From Spirochaetales bacterium (GTDB lineage Bacteria > Spirochaetota > Spirochaetia > JABEVK01), in contig JBAXAI010000008.1 in assembly GCA_037142615.1 (NCBI GenBank), positions 1 to 64,000 on the forward strand: DNA of 64,000 bases. The letters are read 5' to 3'. Shown here piece after piece: positions 10,482-20,408 of this stretch (within the stretch, counting starts at the first letter, position 1; each line of letters starts with the position of its first letter). The notes under the pieces are model-generated. The model was not told where the DNA came from, did not search any database, and saw only the letters and a list, made by a program, of their open reading frames with translations. Both the position numbers and the translations under genes were made by a program.

Positions 10482-12226
10482 CAGTTGATCCAGCCGTCGA
10501 GGGCCTTTTTGAGGGTTTCCACTTGCTCCGCCACCTGTTTGCGGGCCGCTTCGAGCGCCAGGCCAGCGGGGGCACTGCACGAGGCATAGAACTTGATTTT
10601 GGGCTCCGTTCCCGAAGGCCTCACCGTGACCACAGAGCCATCGGCCAGATGAAACTGCACCACATCGCTCGAAGGCAGATCGATGTCTCTCGTGATCTTG
10701 CCGTCGGCGGTGCGCGTCGTCGACGCCTGGAAATCCAACAACCGTGTCAAGTCAACGCCGCCAACCTGCTGCGGAGGACTCTCCCGAAGGGCTTTCATGA
10801 AGTCCTTCATCGTCTGCAGACCCGCCTGCCCCTTGAAGGTCTTCGAGATCAGCACCTCCTGAAAGTAGCCAAAACGCGCGTAGAGTTCGTTCAGCGCTTC
10901 CATCACCGAATGGCCCCTGGAGGCGTGATACAGAGCCATTTCAATGGTGACGGCCGCGGTCGAAATCGCGTCCTTGTCGCGCACCGCTGTCCCGAAGAGG
11001 AAGCCATAACTTTCCTCGCCGCCGAACACGTAGGTCTGGCCTTCGCTCCCGGCTTCGAACTGACGGATCTTTTCACCGATGTACTTGAAGCCTGTCAACA
11101 CCCGGTAGGTCGTAGCGCCGTAGCTCTCAGCGATGCGGTTGTGCAGTTCTGTGGTGACAATCGTATTGATGAACACCGGCTTCGCTGGCATCCGGTTGGT
11201 TTCTTTCAAGGTGAGAAAAATGTAATCGACGAGAAGCGTCCCGAGTTGGTTGCCGTTGAGCAGCACCCAACTGCCCTTGTCTGGCACGCCAATCCCAATG
11301 CGATCGGCATCGGGGTCGGTGCCCAAAATAAGACCGGCGCCAACCTTAGTTCCAAGGTCGATGGCCATCTGCATCGCGGAGTGCTCTTCGGGGTTGGGGG
11401 AGGTGACCGTGGGGAAGTTCCCGTCGGCCACAGCCTGTTCGGGGACGGGAACGAGGTCGAGCCCCAGTTCGCTCATGATCCGTGGAAGCAGCGTGATCCC
11501 TGTGCCATGCAGGGGCGTGTAGACCACCTTCAGGCTCTTGCCGTGAGTTCGGAACAGTTCCGGGCGAAGCGACTGACTTTTCACCATCGCGCGGTAGGGC
11601 CCATCGATCTGTTCGTCAATGTAAACCAAGAGCCCCTGCGACAATGCCGCTTCCTTGGTCAGGGTCTTGAACTGCCCGTTGACCTTGCCGACCTCGGTGA
11701 TGATCCCCTGATCATGGGGAGGAAGCACTTGGGCCCCGTCGTTCCAGTACACCTTGTAGCCGTTGTACTCGGGAGGGTTGTGGCTCGCGGTCACCACGAT
11801 GCCGGTCGTCGTCTTCAACTGACGCACCGCGAACGACAACTCCGGAGTAGGCCGCAGCGCGGTGAACAACCAGGTCTTGATCCCGTTGGCACACAGAACC
11901 AGCGCGGCCTCCAAGGCGAACAGGTCGGAGTAGTTGCGCGAGTCGTGGGCAATCACCGCCGAATGCGGGCCGGGCCCAGTCGAGTTGACGTAGTTGGCCA
12001 AGCCCTGAGTCGCGGAGCGGACCATGTAGGGATTCATGCGGTTGGTGCCGCCTCCCAAGGTGCCGCGCAGACCTCCGGTACCAAAACTCAGGGCAGCATA
12101 AAAACGTTCGTTGAGTTCGCTCCAGTTGGAGGCCTTCAGTTGGTCCTCCACGTCTTTTCGGAACACCGGATGTTGCTCGCGGTCCAGATAGGACTTGGCG
12201 GCAGCGGTCAGTTGGTCGTTGGTCAT
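10481..12226 (-). CDS. pgm: Phosphoglucomutase/phosphomannomutase
   Basis: FGTGGLRG, TASHNP, DPDADR, GEESYG, RPSGTEPKIKFY; SD GGAGGG before ATG 12226. Confidence 0.93.
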   Translation of the reverse strand: MTNDQLTAAAKSYLDREQHPVFRKDVEDQLKASNWSELNERFYAALSFGTGGLRGTLGGGTNRMNPYMVRSATQGLANYVNSTGPGPHSAVIAHDSRNYSDLFALEAALVLCANGIKTWLFTALRPTPELSFAVRQLKTTTGIVVTASHNPPEYNGYKVYWNDGAQVLPPHDQGIITEVGKVNGQFKTLTKEAALSQGLLVYIDEQIDGPYRAMVKSQSLRPELFRTHGKSLKVVYTPLHGTGITLLPRIMSELGLDLVPVPEQAVADGNFPTVTSPNPEEHSAMQMAIDLGTKVGAGLILGTDPDADRIGIGVPDKGSWVLLNGNQLGTLLVDYIFLTLKETNRMPAKPVFINTIVTTELHNRIAESYGATTYRVLTGFKYIGEKIRQFEAGSEGQTYVFGGEESYGFLFGTAVRDKDAISTAAVTIEMALYHASRGHSVMEALNELYARFGYFQEVLISKTFKGQAGLQTMKDFMKALRESPPQQVGGVDLTRLLDFQASTTRTADGKITRDIDLPSSDVVQFHLADGSVVTVRPSGTEPKIKFYASCSAPAGLALEAARKQVAEQVETLKKALDGWIN

Positions 12227-12248
12227 GGATGCGCTCCCTCCTTCCGTT

Positions 12249-12935
12249 TTAGCCCAGAATCGCCGTCGTTTCCAGCCATTGCCGAAAGGAAAGCACGTCG
12301 TCAAAAACAAAATCAGCCCCGGCCGCCAGAAGTTCCTCGCGCCCGCGAAAGCCCCAAGCAGCACCACAGGCCAGAGTACCGGCGCGGGTCGCGGTTTCGA
12401 TGTCTACATCGGAGTCACCCAGGTACACCGCCTGCGAGGGCAAGACGCCCCAGCCCTCCAAAAGTTTGCGCAACGAGGTCGGGTCGGGTTTGTGGGGTAC
12501 GCCCGGCTTCGCTCCGATGACAGCCTGAAACCTCTGTCCCGGGAGCAGGGCTCCAACAACCTGAAGCGTCATGGCGTGATCCTTGTTGGAAAGCACACCC
12601 AGCGGAATCCGCCCAGCAAGGGAATCCACAAGCTCCACAATGCCAGGATACAAAGTACTTTCTACCGGATGGCGCCGGTAGTCCTGGCGCAGTTCAGCGA
12701 GCACCGTCTCGGTTTCCTTTTCGGAAAAGGGATGGTCGGCGGTGGCCGAGGCCAGCAAGGAACCCAAGCCCCACCCTACCATCTGACGGAACTCGGCCAG
12801 AGAGCGTGGTGGCCTTTGGTGGCGGGCCAAGACGCCATTGACCGACGAGGCAATATCCACAAGACTGTCGACCAAGGTTCCGTCGAGATCGAAGACGAGG
12901 CCTTTGACGAGGGGCCGTTCATTGAGCTTCCGCAT
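12249..12935 (-). CDS. HAD hydrolase (phosphoglycolate phosphatase-like)
   Basis: FDLDGTLVDS, KPDP, YLGDSDVD. Confidence 0.88.
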   Translation of the reverse strand: MRKLNERPLVKGLVFDLDGTLVDSLVDIASSVNGVLARHQRPPRSLAEFRQMVGWGLGSLLASATADHPFSEKETETVLAELRQDYRRHPVESTLYPGIVELVDSLAGRIPLGVLSNKDHAMTLQVVGALLPGQRFQAVIGAKPGVPHKPDPTSLRKLLEGWGVLPSQAVYLGDSDVDIETATRAGTLACGAAWGFRGREELLAAGADFVFDDVLSFRQWLETTAILG

Positions 12936-12973
12936 GAGGCATGGTGCCCAGATTCCACCACGAGAGGCAAGCG

Positions 12974-13732
12974 ATGTCGAAAAAAAGACCCCTGAAATCC
13001 GGGGCCGAAGCGTTTGAAGCGCACTTTGCTCAACTTTTTGGCGATAGGTGGCCCTCGCTACGTCTGGCGCTCGCCCAGCCCTCCGAGCCGCAGGCTCTGG
13101 TCGATGGCCTGCTCCAGGCCTACTATCTCGACGCGGCGTCCGTCAGGGCTGCCAAGGCACTCGGTGTGCAACCAGGCGACAAGGTCCTTGACCTCTGTGC
13201 TGCCCCGGGTGGAAAAACCCTGGTGCTGGCTCAAGCCTTGGCTGGAACAGGGAGCCTCACCTCGAACGATTTGAGTTCGGACCGCCGGGCGCGCCTGCAC
13301 CGGGTTGTTGACGAACACCTGCCGCCCGCATGGCGCAACAACTTGCGCATCACCGGGCGCGATGCAACCCGCTGGGGCTTGTACGAGCAAAACTGCTACG
13401 ACAGGATTCTGCTGGATGCCCCCTGCTCGAGCGAGCGGCACGTGGTGCAGTCGCCCAAGCATCTCGAGCTGTGGACACTCCATCGCACCAAGTCGCTTGC
13501 CCAGCAAGGCCTGGCCTTACTGTGCGCTGCGCTCGAGGCACTCAAACCTGATGGTGTGCTTGTATACTCCACGTGTTCGATCTCGCCCACGGAGAATGAG
13601 GAAGTCCTCGACCGCTTTGAAGGCAAACGAAAGGGCCTGTGGAAGCTGGAAGAACTCTCGATGGAGTCGCCGGATACCCATGACGGGGCGGGGCCGTTGT
13701 TTTGGGCCCGGCTCCGAAAACTACCGGTCTAA
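12974..13732 (+). CDS. RsmB/NOP/RsmF-family RNA m5C methyltransferase
   Basis: DLCAAPGGKT, DAPCS, YSTCS, ENE motifs; start after GAGAGG. Confidence 0.9.
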   Translation: MSKKRPLKSGAEAFEAHFAQLFGDRWPSLRLALAQPSEPQALVDGLLQAYYLDAASVRAAKALGVQPGDKVLDLCAAPGGKTLVLAQALAGTGSLTSNDLSSDRRARLHRVVDEHLPPAWRNNLRITGRDATRWGLYEQNCYDRILLDAPCSSERHVVQSPKHLELWTLHRTKSLAQQGLALLCAALEALKPDGVLVYSTCSISPTENEEVLDRFEGKRKGLWKLEELSMESPDTHDGAGPLFWARLRKLPV

Positions 13733-14724
13733 ACGTACTCCCGCAACTCTCGGATCATCTTGAGGCTGCGGAGTTTGGTGATCGCCTTCTCTTGTATCTG
13801 CCGGACACGCTCGCGGGTAATCCCCAGCATTTTTCCGGTCTCTTCGAGGGTCAAAGGCCCTTCGCCACCGAGTCCAAAACGCAATTGCAGGATACGCATT
13901 TCCCGCTCGCTCAGTTGCTGGAGAACCGAACCCAAGGTGTCCTGCAACGTCAGGGTAAACACATTCTCGAAGGGCTCAGCGATGGATTCGTCCCTGATCA
14001 GATCCGAAAGTCTCGTGACGCTGTCCTCATCCACGGTTCCGTCAAGCGAAGCGGTATCCTGGGAAATCTTGATGATCTCCTTGATCTTGTCCTCGCTCAC
14101 GTTCATGTACTCGGCGAGTTCCACGTTGGAAGGATCCCGACCCAATTCCTGCGTCAGATGTTTGGCGACAAAGTAACATTTCTTGATCGTATTGAGCATG
14201 TGAATCGGAATCCGGATGACCCGGCCCTTGTCGGCCAGACTCTTGATGATAGCCTGCCGAATCCACCAGGTTCCGTAGGTGGAAAACCTGCAACCTTTGG
14301 TATAGTCGAAACGTTCAACGGCCTCGATCAGACCGATGTTGCCTTCATCAATCAGATCGAGCAACGACAGACCGCGGTGCTGATACTTCTTGGCAATACT
14401 GACCACGAGCCTCAGGTTGGCGTTGATCATGCGGTTCTTCAGCGCGAGAAGACGAATTTCCTTTTGGCGGATGGGCGCCCGCATCTCTTCTGGTAGGTCC
14501 GAAGGGTCGCGCCCTTCCAAGAGAGCTCTCATCTCACCCTTTGCGACTTGAATGCTTTCACCGATTTCTTGCTCTTGAGCGACGTTCAGCAGGGGAAAGC
14601 GGGAAATTTGTTTCAGATACAGAGCCAAGGGGTCGGATTCACTGCCGTCGCCTCCGCCCTGGTCGGTTTCTGGGATCATCAGGATTCTGTCTTCGGAATC
14701 AAGGACGTTCTCGCGAACCTTCAT
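13729..14724 (-). CDS. Sigma-70 family factor lacking region 1.1 (RpoS-like)
   Basis: ANLRLVVSIAKKY, GCRFSTYGTWWIRQ, TLEETG and TRERVRQI; 331 aa. Confidence 0.9.
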   Translation of the reverse strand: MKVRENVLDSEDRILMIPETDQGGGDGSESDPLALYLKQISRFPLLNVAQEQEIGESIQVAKGEMRALLEGRDPSDLPEEMRAPIRQKEIRLLALKNRMINANLRLVVSIAKKYQHRGLSLLDLIDEGNIGLIEAVERFDYTKGCRFSTYGTWWIRQAIIKSLADKGRVIRIPIHMLNTIKKCYFVAKHLTQELGRDPSNVELAEYMNVSEDKIKEIIKISQDTASLDGTVDEDSVTRLSDLIRDESIAEPFENVFTLTLQDTLGSVLQQLSEREMRILQLRFGLGGEGPLTLEETGKMLGITRERVRQIQEKAITKLRSLKMIRELREYV

Positions 14725-14799
14725 AGTTCTACCTGCCAGGAATGATAGGATAACGCCCGAGGGACGCCTAGTCAAGAAAAATATCCATTACCTCTTATG

Positions 14800-15498
14800 T
14801 CAAAGCCGGGAAGCCTGTGCTGGATCCAAGGCCGCTCCATCCTTGGACACAAAGAACAGCAATCGTTCCGTCGTTCTCGCCGAGGTCTTTCCCAGCGCCT
14901 GCCCCTTGGTCACCTTTTGGCCCCACTTAAGTGAGGAGTCCTCGAAGTTTCCGTAGCCGAAGAGCACTTTCGCCGCACTTTCCACCAGAATTACTTTGCC
15001 GACCCCCCGGTACTCCCCTGTGAACACCACTGTTCCATCGCTGACAGATACGAAGTCAGACCCCGGCAACAGGAACGATACCGACTTCAGTTTGCCGCCA
15101 TCGGGACGGGCCGAAGCTTCCAGGGGCCAAAATCCCTTCTTGGGCACAACGGACCTCGAGGGTATCCAAAGGGTGCCCCCGGCCCTCAACGCCTTGCCAT
15201 CCTCGAGGGCATTCAGCGCCAGGATATCGGCAACCTCGACACCCCACTTGCGGGCGAGCGAATACAGTGTCTCACCTGCAGCTACAACATGCCTCTCGGG
15301 CAATTTGAGCTTCTGCCCCGGAGTCAGACGCTTCCAGTCGAAGGTCGGATCAATCGCCTTCCAAGACTCGACGGAAACATGAAACTTCGCTGTGAGAGTT
15401 GCTAAAGATTCCCCCTTGAGGACGAGGTAATCCTCTGCAGCAAGGAACCTGAGGAGTAGGGAAAAAAAAAGAAGGCCGGAAACCTTTCTCAGGTCCAT
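14800..15498 (-). CDS. Exported LysM-LysM-(degenerate M23/LytM) protein, NlpD-like
   Basis: Signal peptide, two LysM repeats (GESLATLT, GETLYSLARKWGV) and an M23-like tail without the His ligands. Confidence 0.75.
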   Translation of the reverse strand: MDLRKVSGLLFFSLLLRFLAAEDYLVLKGESLATLTAKFHVSVESWKAIDPTFDWKRLTPGQKLKLPERHVVAAGETLYSLARKWGVEVADILALNALEDGKALRAGGTLWIPSRSVVPKKGFWPLEASARPDGGKLKSVSFLLPGSDFVSVSDGTVVFTGEYRGVGKVILVESAAKVLFGYGNFEDSSLKWGQKVTKGQALGKTSARTTERLLFFVSKDGAALDPAQASRL

Positions 15499-15542
15499 GC
15501 CTTCCTTTTCGGTCCGGAGAGACCCGAAACTTAAACAGATAA

Positions 15543-15616
15543 TGGGAAATGGCGGACTCGAACCGTCGACCCCTACCATGTCAAGGTAGTGCTCTAACCA
15601 ACTGAGCTAATTCCCC
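15543..15616 (-). tRNA. tRNA-Val (anticodon GAC); CCA not encoded
   Basis: Reverse complement GGGGAATTAGCTCAGTTGGTTAGAGCACTACCTTGACATGGTAGGGGTCGACGGTTCGAGTCCGCCATTTCCCA folds to a cloverleaf; anticodon stem CTACC/GGTAG. Confidence 0.97.
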
Positions 15617-15626
15617 AAGCTAAGAT

Positions 15627-15656
15627 AACATAAAATGGATGAGTCTGGCCTGTCAA
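15627..15656 (-). promoter_or_regulatory. Putative sigma-70 promoter of tRNA-Val
   Basis: TTGACA-N18-TATGTT on the minus strand just upstream of the tRNA. Confidence 0.5.
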
Positions 15657-15671
15657 GCCACCACAGAACGG

Positions 15672-16109
15672 CTATTGGAGCGAGCTCACAATGCGCTCGA
15701 GTACCTTCTTGCGGTCGAGCGGTTTGACAATATAGTTCTTGGCTCCGAGCAGAAGCGACTGCTTGACAAGGTCCTGCTTTCCGAGCGCGCTGATCATCAC
15801 GACACGAGCGTTCTTGTCAAACTCCATGATCTTCTCGAGGGCGGTTACGCCGTCCATGCGCGGCATGGTGATGTCCATGGTCACGACATCGACATTGGGG
15901 AACAGTTCCTTGTATTTTTCCAAGCCGGCTTCGCCGTCCGCTGCGGTTCCAACGACTTCAAATCCTTCCGAGCTAAGGATTTGTCCGATCTGTTTAGTGA
16001 CAAACATAGAGTCGTCGACGACCAGAACCCGGTAGGAGGTACCATCTTCACGCCTTCCGTCAGGTTCACGCTCATTGATCGATGGAAAATCAACTTTGGT
16101 CTTCATCAT
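15672..16109 (-). CDS. cheY: Chemotaxis response regulator CheY (spirochaete type with N-terminal extension)
   Basis: VLVVDDS, MDITMP, YIVKP; last gene of the cheA-cheW-cheX operon. Confidence 0.93.
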   Translation of the reverse strand: MMKTKVDFPSINEREPDGRREDGTSYRVLVVDDSMFVTKQIGQILSSEGFEVVGTAADGEAGLEKYKELFPNVDVVTMDITMPRMDGVTALEKIMEFDKNARVVMISALGKQDLVKQSLLLGAKNYIVKPLDRKKVLERIVSSLQ

Positions 16110-16117
16110 TCCACCTT

Positions 16118-16582
16118 CTACGAGCGTTCGCGGACAGCGACGTTGATTTCAATGCTGCCGTGGGGCGTTTCCATGGGCACGATCAGCGCTTCCACTTCCT
16201 GATCGGAGACTTCCATGTTGTCGCCCGTAATCAGGGCGGGCGGCGTCAAGTCAAACCGAAATCCGAGTTCATGGAGCTTGGTTACCGCCTGTGCCGTGAT
16301 CATGTTTGCCAGCTCACTGATCGTCGCTTTGACAAGGTCGTCAAGCTCAGCAAGTTCTTCCATGTTCATGACCGAGGCGATCTTGATGGCCGTCTGTTTC
16401 GACATGTCAAACAGCACCCGCCCCTCAACCTCACCGGCCAAGCCGACGATGGCAGCAACGCCCATCACGGATTTGGTCGCGGACTTCAGGAAAAGATTTC
16501 CGCGCTTCACATCCGTTGCCAAAACCTCGGTGAGAACATTGTAGGCGGCTTCCACGAAGGGATTGATGTACTCGACGCGCAT
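16118..16582 (-). CDS. cheX: CheY-P phosphatase CheX
   Basis: MRVEYINPF start, ELANM motif, LTPP. Confidence 0.95.
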   Translation of the reverse strand: MRVEYINPFVEAAYNVLTEVLATDVKRGNLFLKSATKSVMGVAAIVGLAGEVEGRVLFDMSKQTAIKIASVMNMEELAELDDLVKATISELANMITAQAVTKLHELGFRFDLTPPALITGDNMEVSDQEVEALIVPMETPHGSIEINVAVRERS

Positions 16583-16608
16583 GTTAACTCCTCTGACTGT
16601 TCTTCACG

Positions 16609-17922
16609 TTAGATTTTCTGGTACAGGGACCATGGGGCTTGGCCAATGGACTTCCATTCTTCATGGTTCACGACTTCGTTGGAACCGACGAGCAGATAGC
16701 CGCCGCTACGAACCTTTTCTGAGATCTCGCCGAGAATCTTGTCCTGGTCGTTGGGCTTCTGAAACGACAGCACGTCGCGCATCACCACCAGATGAATCTG
16801 AGCAAAAGGATTCATGTTGTTGATGTCGTGAAACTCAAAAAGTACGCGGTTCTTGATGTCGGCGTGGAATTGGAGTCCGTTCTTGGTCGGGACGGTAAAC
16901 TCCTTCCAAGCCAAGTCCAACTCATCTTCGTCCAGGATCAGACTGGGTGCGGTCGAAATGTTGAGCAGGTCAAGGTCGTTGGCCCAGATCTTGTAGGTGC
17001 TGTCCCGGAAGCAAGTCTGCATCAGCATTGCCAGACTGTACGTCTCGTAGCCTCGACCGCAACCCGGGTTCCAGATGACGAGGTTATTTCCCTCGAACTT
17101 GAGGGACTTCGCAAGCTCATTGACGGCTTCGGCCGACCAGAGTTGACCGGTGAACGGGGAATAGAAGTTCGAAAGGAACTCCTCGCCGTCATCTTTCTGG
17201 GTGAACTGAAAATCGAGGTTCTTGGCTTTGCGCGAGTCTTTCCAAGACTGGAGCCGCGTTTGGACCCAAGGCGTATTGAACGGGGTCACATAGAATTGAT
17301 TGAATGTCGACAAGTTCTCGCTGATGAACTTGAAGTCCAGACTCACGGCCTGAGGCGCCGCAGCTTCGATTTCGGTGGCTTCGGCGTCTTCTGCGACAGC
17401 CGGGGACGCCACTGGCGGGGGAGCAACTTCCTCTGGCTGTCCAAAGATGCGGTCAACATCCAAGATGATGTAGAGTCGGTTGTCGTTTTCCACAACTCCG
17501 CTGATATACTTGATGTTGATGTCGCCGAAGATCGGATGGGGCGGCTGAATTGCATCCGACGAGATGCCGACGACCTTCTCGATGGTATCGACAATGATGC
17601 CAAGCACCAACGAATCCAGCCTGAGAATGATGATGTTCTCGAGGCTCGAGGACTCCTTGGACTCGGCAGGAAGGTTGAACATAATCCGGAGGTCGATCAC
17701 GGGGATGATATCGCCACGAAGGTTGTCGACCCCCTTCACGTAAAGCGGCGTATTGGGAACCTTGGTGAAGTTGCCAGCCTTTCGGATTTCTTTGACTTTT
17801 AGAATGTTGATTCCGTAGTCTCGCCCCGAAAGGGTAAAAGAGATCATTTTGAAGTCAATCTTCTTCAGCTTGTCGCTTTCTTTCGTTCCTTTGACAAGGG
17901 GGTCCAGTTTAGCTGTGCTCAT
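16609..17922 (-). CDS. cheW: CheW fused to a CheR-like C-terminal domain
   Basis: CheW motif NLRGDIIPVIDLR; CheR-like WNPGCGRGYETYSLA and RDVLSF. Confidence 0.92.
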   Translation of the reverse strand: MSTAKLDPLVKGTKESDKLKKIDFKMISFTLSGRDYGINILKVKEIRKAGNFTKVPNTPLYVKGVDNLRGDIIPVIDLRIMFNLPAESKESSSLENIIILRLDSLVLGIIVDTIEKVVGISSDAIQPPHPIFGDINIKYISGVVENDNRLYIILDVDRIFGQPEEVAPPPVASPAVAEDAEATEIEAAAPQAVSLDFKFISENLSTFNQFYVTPFNTPWVQTRLQSWKDSRKAKNLDFQFTQKDDGEEFLSNFYSPFTGQLWSAEAVNELAKSLKFEGNNLVIWNPGCGRGYETYSLAMLMQTCFRDSTYKIWANDLDLLNISTAPSLILDEDELDLAWKEFTVPTKNGLQFHADIKNRVLFEFHDINNMNPFAQIHLVVMRDVLSFQKPNDQDKILGEISEKVRSGGYLLVGSNEVVNHEEWKSIGQAPWSLYQKI

Positions 17923-17931
17923 ATCGTTTTC

Positions 17932-20301
17932 CTATCGGCTTCGATTCTCGCGGCGTTGGCGTTCCAACCGTTCGTTTCGCATTCCCAGATCCAACAACTG
18001 GCTCACATCGATAATCAACGATACCTTGCCGTCCCCCAGGATCGTGGCGCCCGCAATGCCCGGAGAGGCCGTGTAACGATCCTTGAGCGGCTTGATGACC
18101 ACGTCTTCTTCACCAATCAGCGAATCGACGATCAGACCCATCTTTTTGTCTCCGCTCCCAACGACAACCACGTAGTGATAGCCGTTGCCCTCGTCGGCTG
18201 GTATGCCAAACAGGCGGTTGAGTCTCAAAAGAGAAATGACGTCCTTGCGAACGTTGAAGACTTCGTAGTTGTCGATGATCTTGATGTCTGCCGGACGAAT
18301 GCGATGGCTATCGACAACGGAGGTGATCGGAATAGCGTAAACTTCGTTGCCAACGCGAACCAGCAGGCCCTGAATGATTGCCAGTGTCAGCGGCAACTTG
18401 ATGGTAAACTTGGAGCCCTTGCCCTTTTCGGACCAGATGCTCACGTTGCCGTTCAGTTTTTCGATCTGCTTTCGAACAACATCAAGACCGACACCCCGAC
18501 CGGAAATGCTGGTAATCGAGGCCGCCGTCGAGAATCCGGCTTCAAAAATCAAATTGAAGGCCTCAAGGTCGGTCAAGGTCTTGCTCGGATGAATCAGTCC
18601 CTTGTCGACCGCCTTCTGTTTGACCACTTCGACATCGATACCGTTTCCGTCATCACCGATCTCGATGATGATCATGTTTCCTTCGTTACGGGCAGCAAGA
18701 ACGACACGACCCTCTTCGGGCTTGCCTCGTTCGCGGCGAACTTCCGGCGATTCAATCCCATGATCGATGGAGTTGCGTACGCAGTGAATGAGCGGATCGA
18801 GAAGATCCTCGATCACTGACTTGTCCAACTCGGTTTCCTCGCCCTCGATAACGAGGTTGATTTTTTTGTTCAGGGTCTTGGAGAGGTCTCGAACAAGCCG
18901 AGGGAATCGAGAAAAGATCTGCGCGATGGGAACCATTCGGATCCGAAGAACGCCTTCATGAAGCTCCCCGATAATCCGGCCGAGGTTTTGCGAAGTGCTT
19001 CTGAAGACTCCGACGGTGGATTTCAGCCTGGCCTCGATCGGGTCGAACGTGGTGAAGAGCTTGGCAAAGTCGTCGTTGATCTCTTTCTTGAGATCCTTGA
19101 CCGACTTGCCCTTCTGGATCTCCTCGACGTATTGGGGAAATCGGTCGAATAATTCCTTCAAGCGATCCTTGTAGTACGCTTCGGAGGTCTGCATCTCGCC
19201 CAGGACTTCCATGAAGTGGGTTGAAATCTGATTGAATGTGGCCTTGTTGATGACAGTCTCGCTGACCAGATTGAGCAGGTTGTCGATACGCTTGGAATCC
19301 ACTCTCAGAATGGAACCAGAATTGCTTTGGGCCGCCTTTTTGTGGTCGCCCTGGGGGAGCAAAGCGGAAACCCCGCGATCTTCGTCGACCACTTCGGACA
19401 CGGGAGGAGCCGCAGGAACGGAGGAACCGGCTGAGGCACCCGACGGAGCGGCCTGAGCGACCTTGTTTGCGGCGGGCGTCACGTTCGCCTTGGGCTTGAC
19501 GACCTCGACTGTATCGTCAGTCAACTCGGTGATTTCGACGGTCAGCGTGACTTCGCGGATAGTACAACGCCGCTCCACCTCGTCAAGCGGCTTCTTCAGC
19601 AGGCAGTAGTACTCCACCACCGGCCAAAAAGCATCCTCGTAAAGTTTGTCGAACTCAGGGACGGTCTTCAGCACGGTACCGAGTCCCTTGAGAACCGAGA
19701 AGACCTGAATGCCCCCAACCGAGTTCATGGGATTTTTCTCATCGAAGCCCACCGTGACCTGATACACTTTTTCGCCGGCAGCGGCTTCCTTGAGCTCGAG
19801 CAGATCGTATTCGGTGAGGGACTTGGACGAGGAGGCCTTGACGGCTTTGACGGCGGCGGGCGCGGCCTTGACGGGTGCGGCAACGACGGTTTTCTTGGCA
19901 ACCGCACCAGGGAGGAACGACTTGAGGCTCGACTTGAGATTCCCGACGTCTTGTGAATAGACCCGACCCTGCAGGCGCTCATCCAGCATGGCTTTGACCA
20001 CATCGATGGACTGGAGCAAGATGTCAACAAGTCGTTCTGTCATCTTGACGGCACCGCTGCGAATCTCGTCGAGCACATCTTCGACCACATGAGTAAACTC
20101 AGATAGCTCAAACATTTGCACCGTAGCAGCACCACCCTTGAGAGTGTGCGCGGCGCGGAAAATCTCATCGACGGCATCTTTGTTGGCGGGATCGTTTTCG
20201 AGAACAAGGACGTTCTGTTCAAGAACATCGACCTGACCTTGAGCCTCGCCAAAAAAATCCTTGAGAAGTTCCTCGTTGTTGGGATCGAGATAGTCGCTCA
20301 T
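17932..20301 (-). CDS. cheA: Chemotaxis histidine kinase CheA
   Basis: Hpt FRAAHTLKG, RNSIDHGIE, SGRGVGLDVV, C-terminal CheW domain. Confidence 0.97.
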   Translation of the reverse strand: MSDYLDPNNEELLKDFFGEAQGQVDVLEQNVLVLENDPANKDAVDEIFRAAHTLKGGAATVQMFELSEFTHVVEDVLDEIRSGAVKMTERLVDILLQSIDVVKAMLDERLQGRVYSQDVGNLKSSLKSFLPGAVAKKTVVAAPVKAAPAAVKAVKASSSKSLTEYDLLELKEAAAGEKVYQVTVGFDEKNPMNSVGGIQVFSVLKGLGTVLKTVPEFDKLYEDAFWPVVEYYCLLKKPLDEVERRCTIREVTLTVEITELTDDTVEVVKPKANVTPAANKVAQAAPSGASAGSSVPAAPPVSEVVDEDRGVSALLPQGDHKKAAQSNSGSILRVDSKRIDNLLNLVSETVINKATFNQISTHFMEVLGEMQTSEAYYKDRLKELFDRFPQYVEEIQKGKSVKDLKKEINDDFAKLFTTFDPIEARLKSTVGVFRSTSQNLGRIIGELHEGVLRIRMVPIAQIFSRFPRLVRDLSKTLNKKINLVIEGEETELDKSVIEDLLDPLIHCVRNSIDHGIESPEVRRERGKPEEGRVVLAARNEGNMIIIEIGDDGNGIDVEVVKQKAVDKGLIHPSKTLTDLEAFNLIFEAGFSTAASITSISGRGVGLDVVRKQIEKLNGNVSIWSEKGKGSKFTIKLPLTLAIIQGLLVRVGNEVYAIPITSVVDSHRIRPADIKIIDNYEVFNVRKDVISLLRLNRLFGIPADEGNGYHYVVVVGSGDKKMGLIVDSLIGEEDVVIKPLKDRYTASPGIAGATILGDGKVSLIIDVSQLLDLGMRNERLERQRRENRSR

Positions 20302-20408
20302 ATCAATTCAAGATTCATACAGAAGTTTCTTTAAGTCAAGGGAGATTTTTTTTTGAATTTCCCTGCCAAGAGGGCCGAAATACACTAAAATGACCTCGGG
20401 AGTCTTGC

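Noticed and set aside
10523-12520. Long antisense ORFs (also 22-1089, 31073-32896, 41664-42956, 48109-49389, 62487-63929)
   Set aside because: Shadow frames opposite well-supported genes, expected with GC-rich codon bias; no recognisable motifs.
15543-15616. tRNA-anchored genomic island
   Set aside because: No integrase, no duplicated tRNA 3' end seen, and the flanks are core genes.
15672-20301. CheW-CheR fusion and extended CheY as a novelty
   Set aside because: This is an established spirochaete arrangement; used only as a taxonomic marker.
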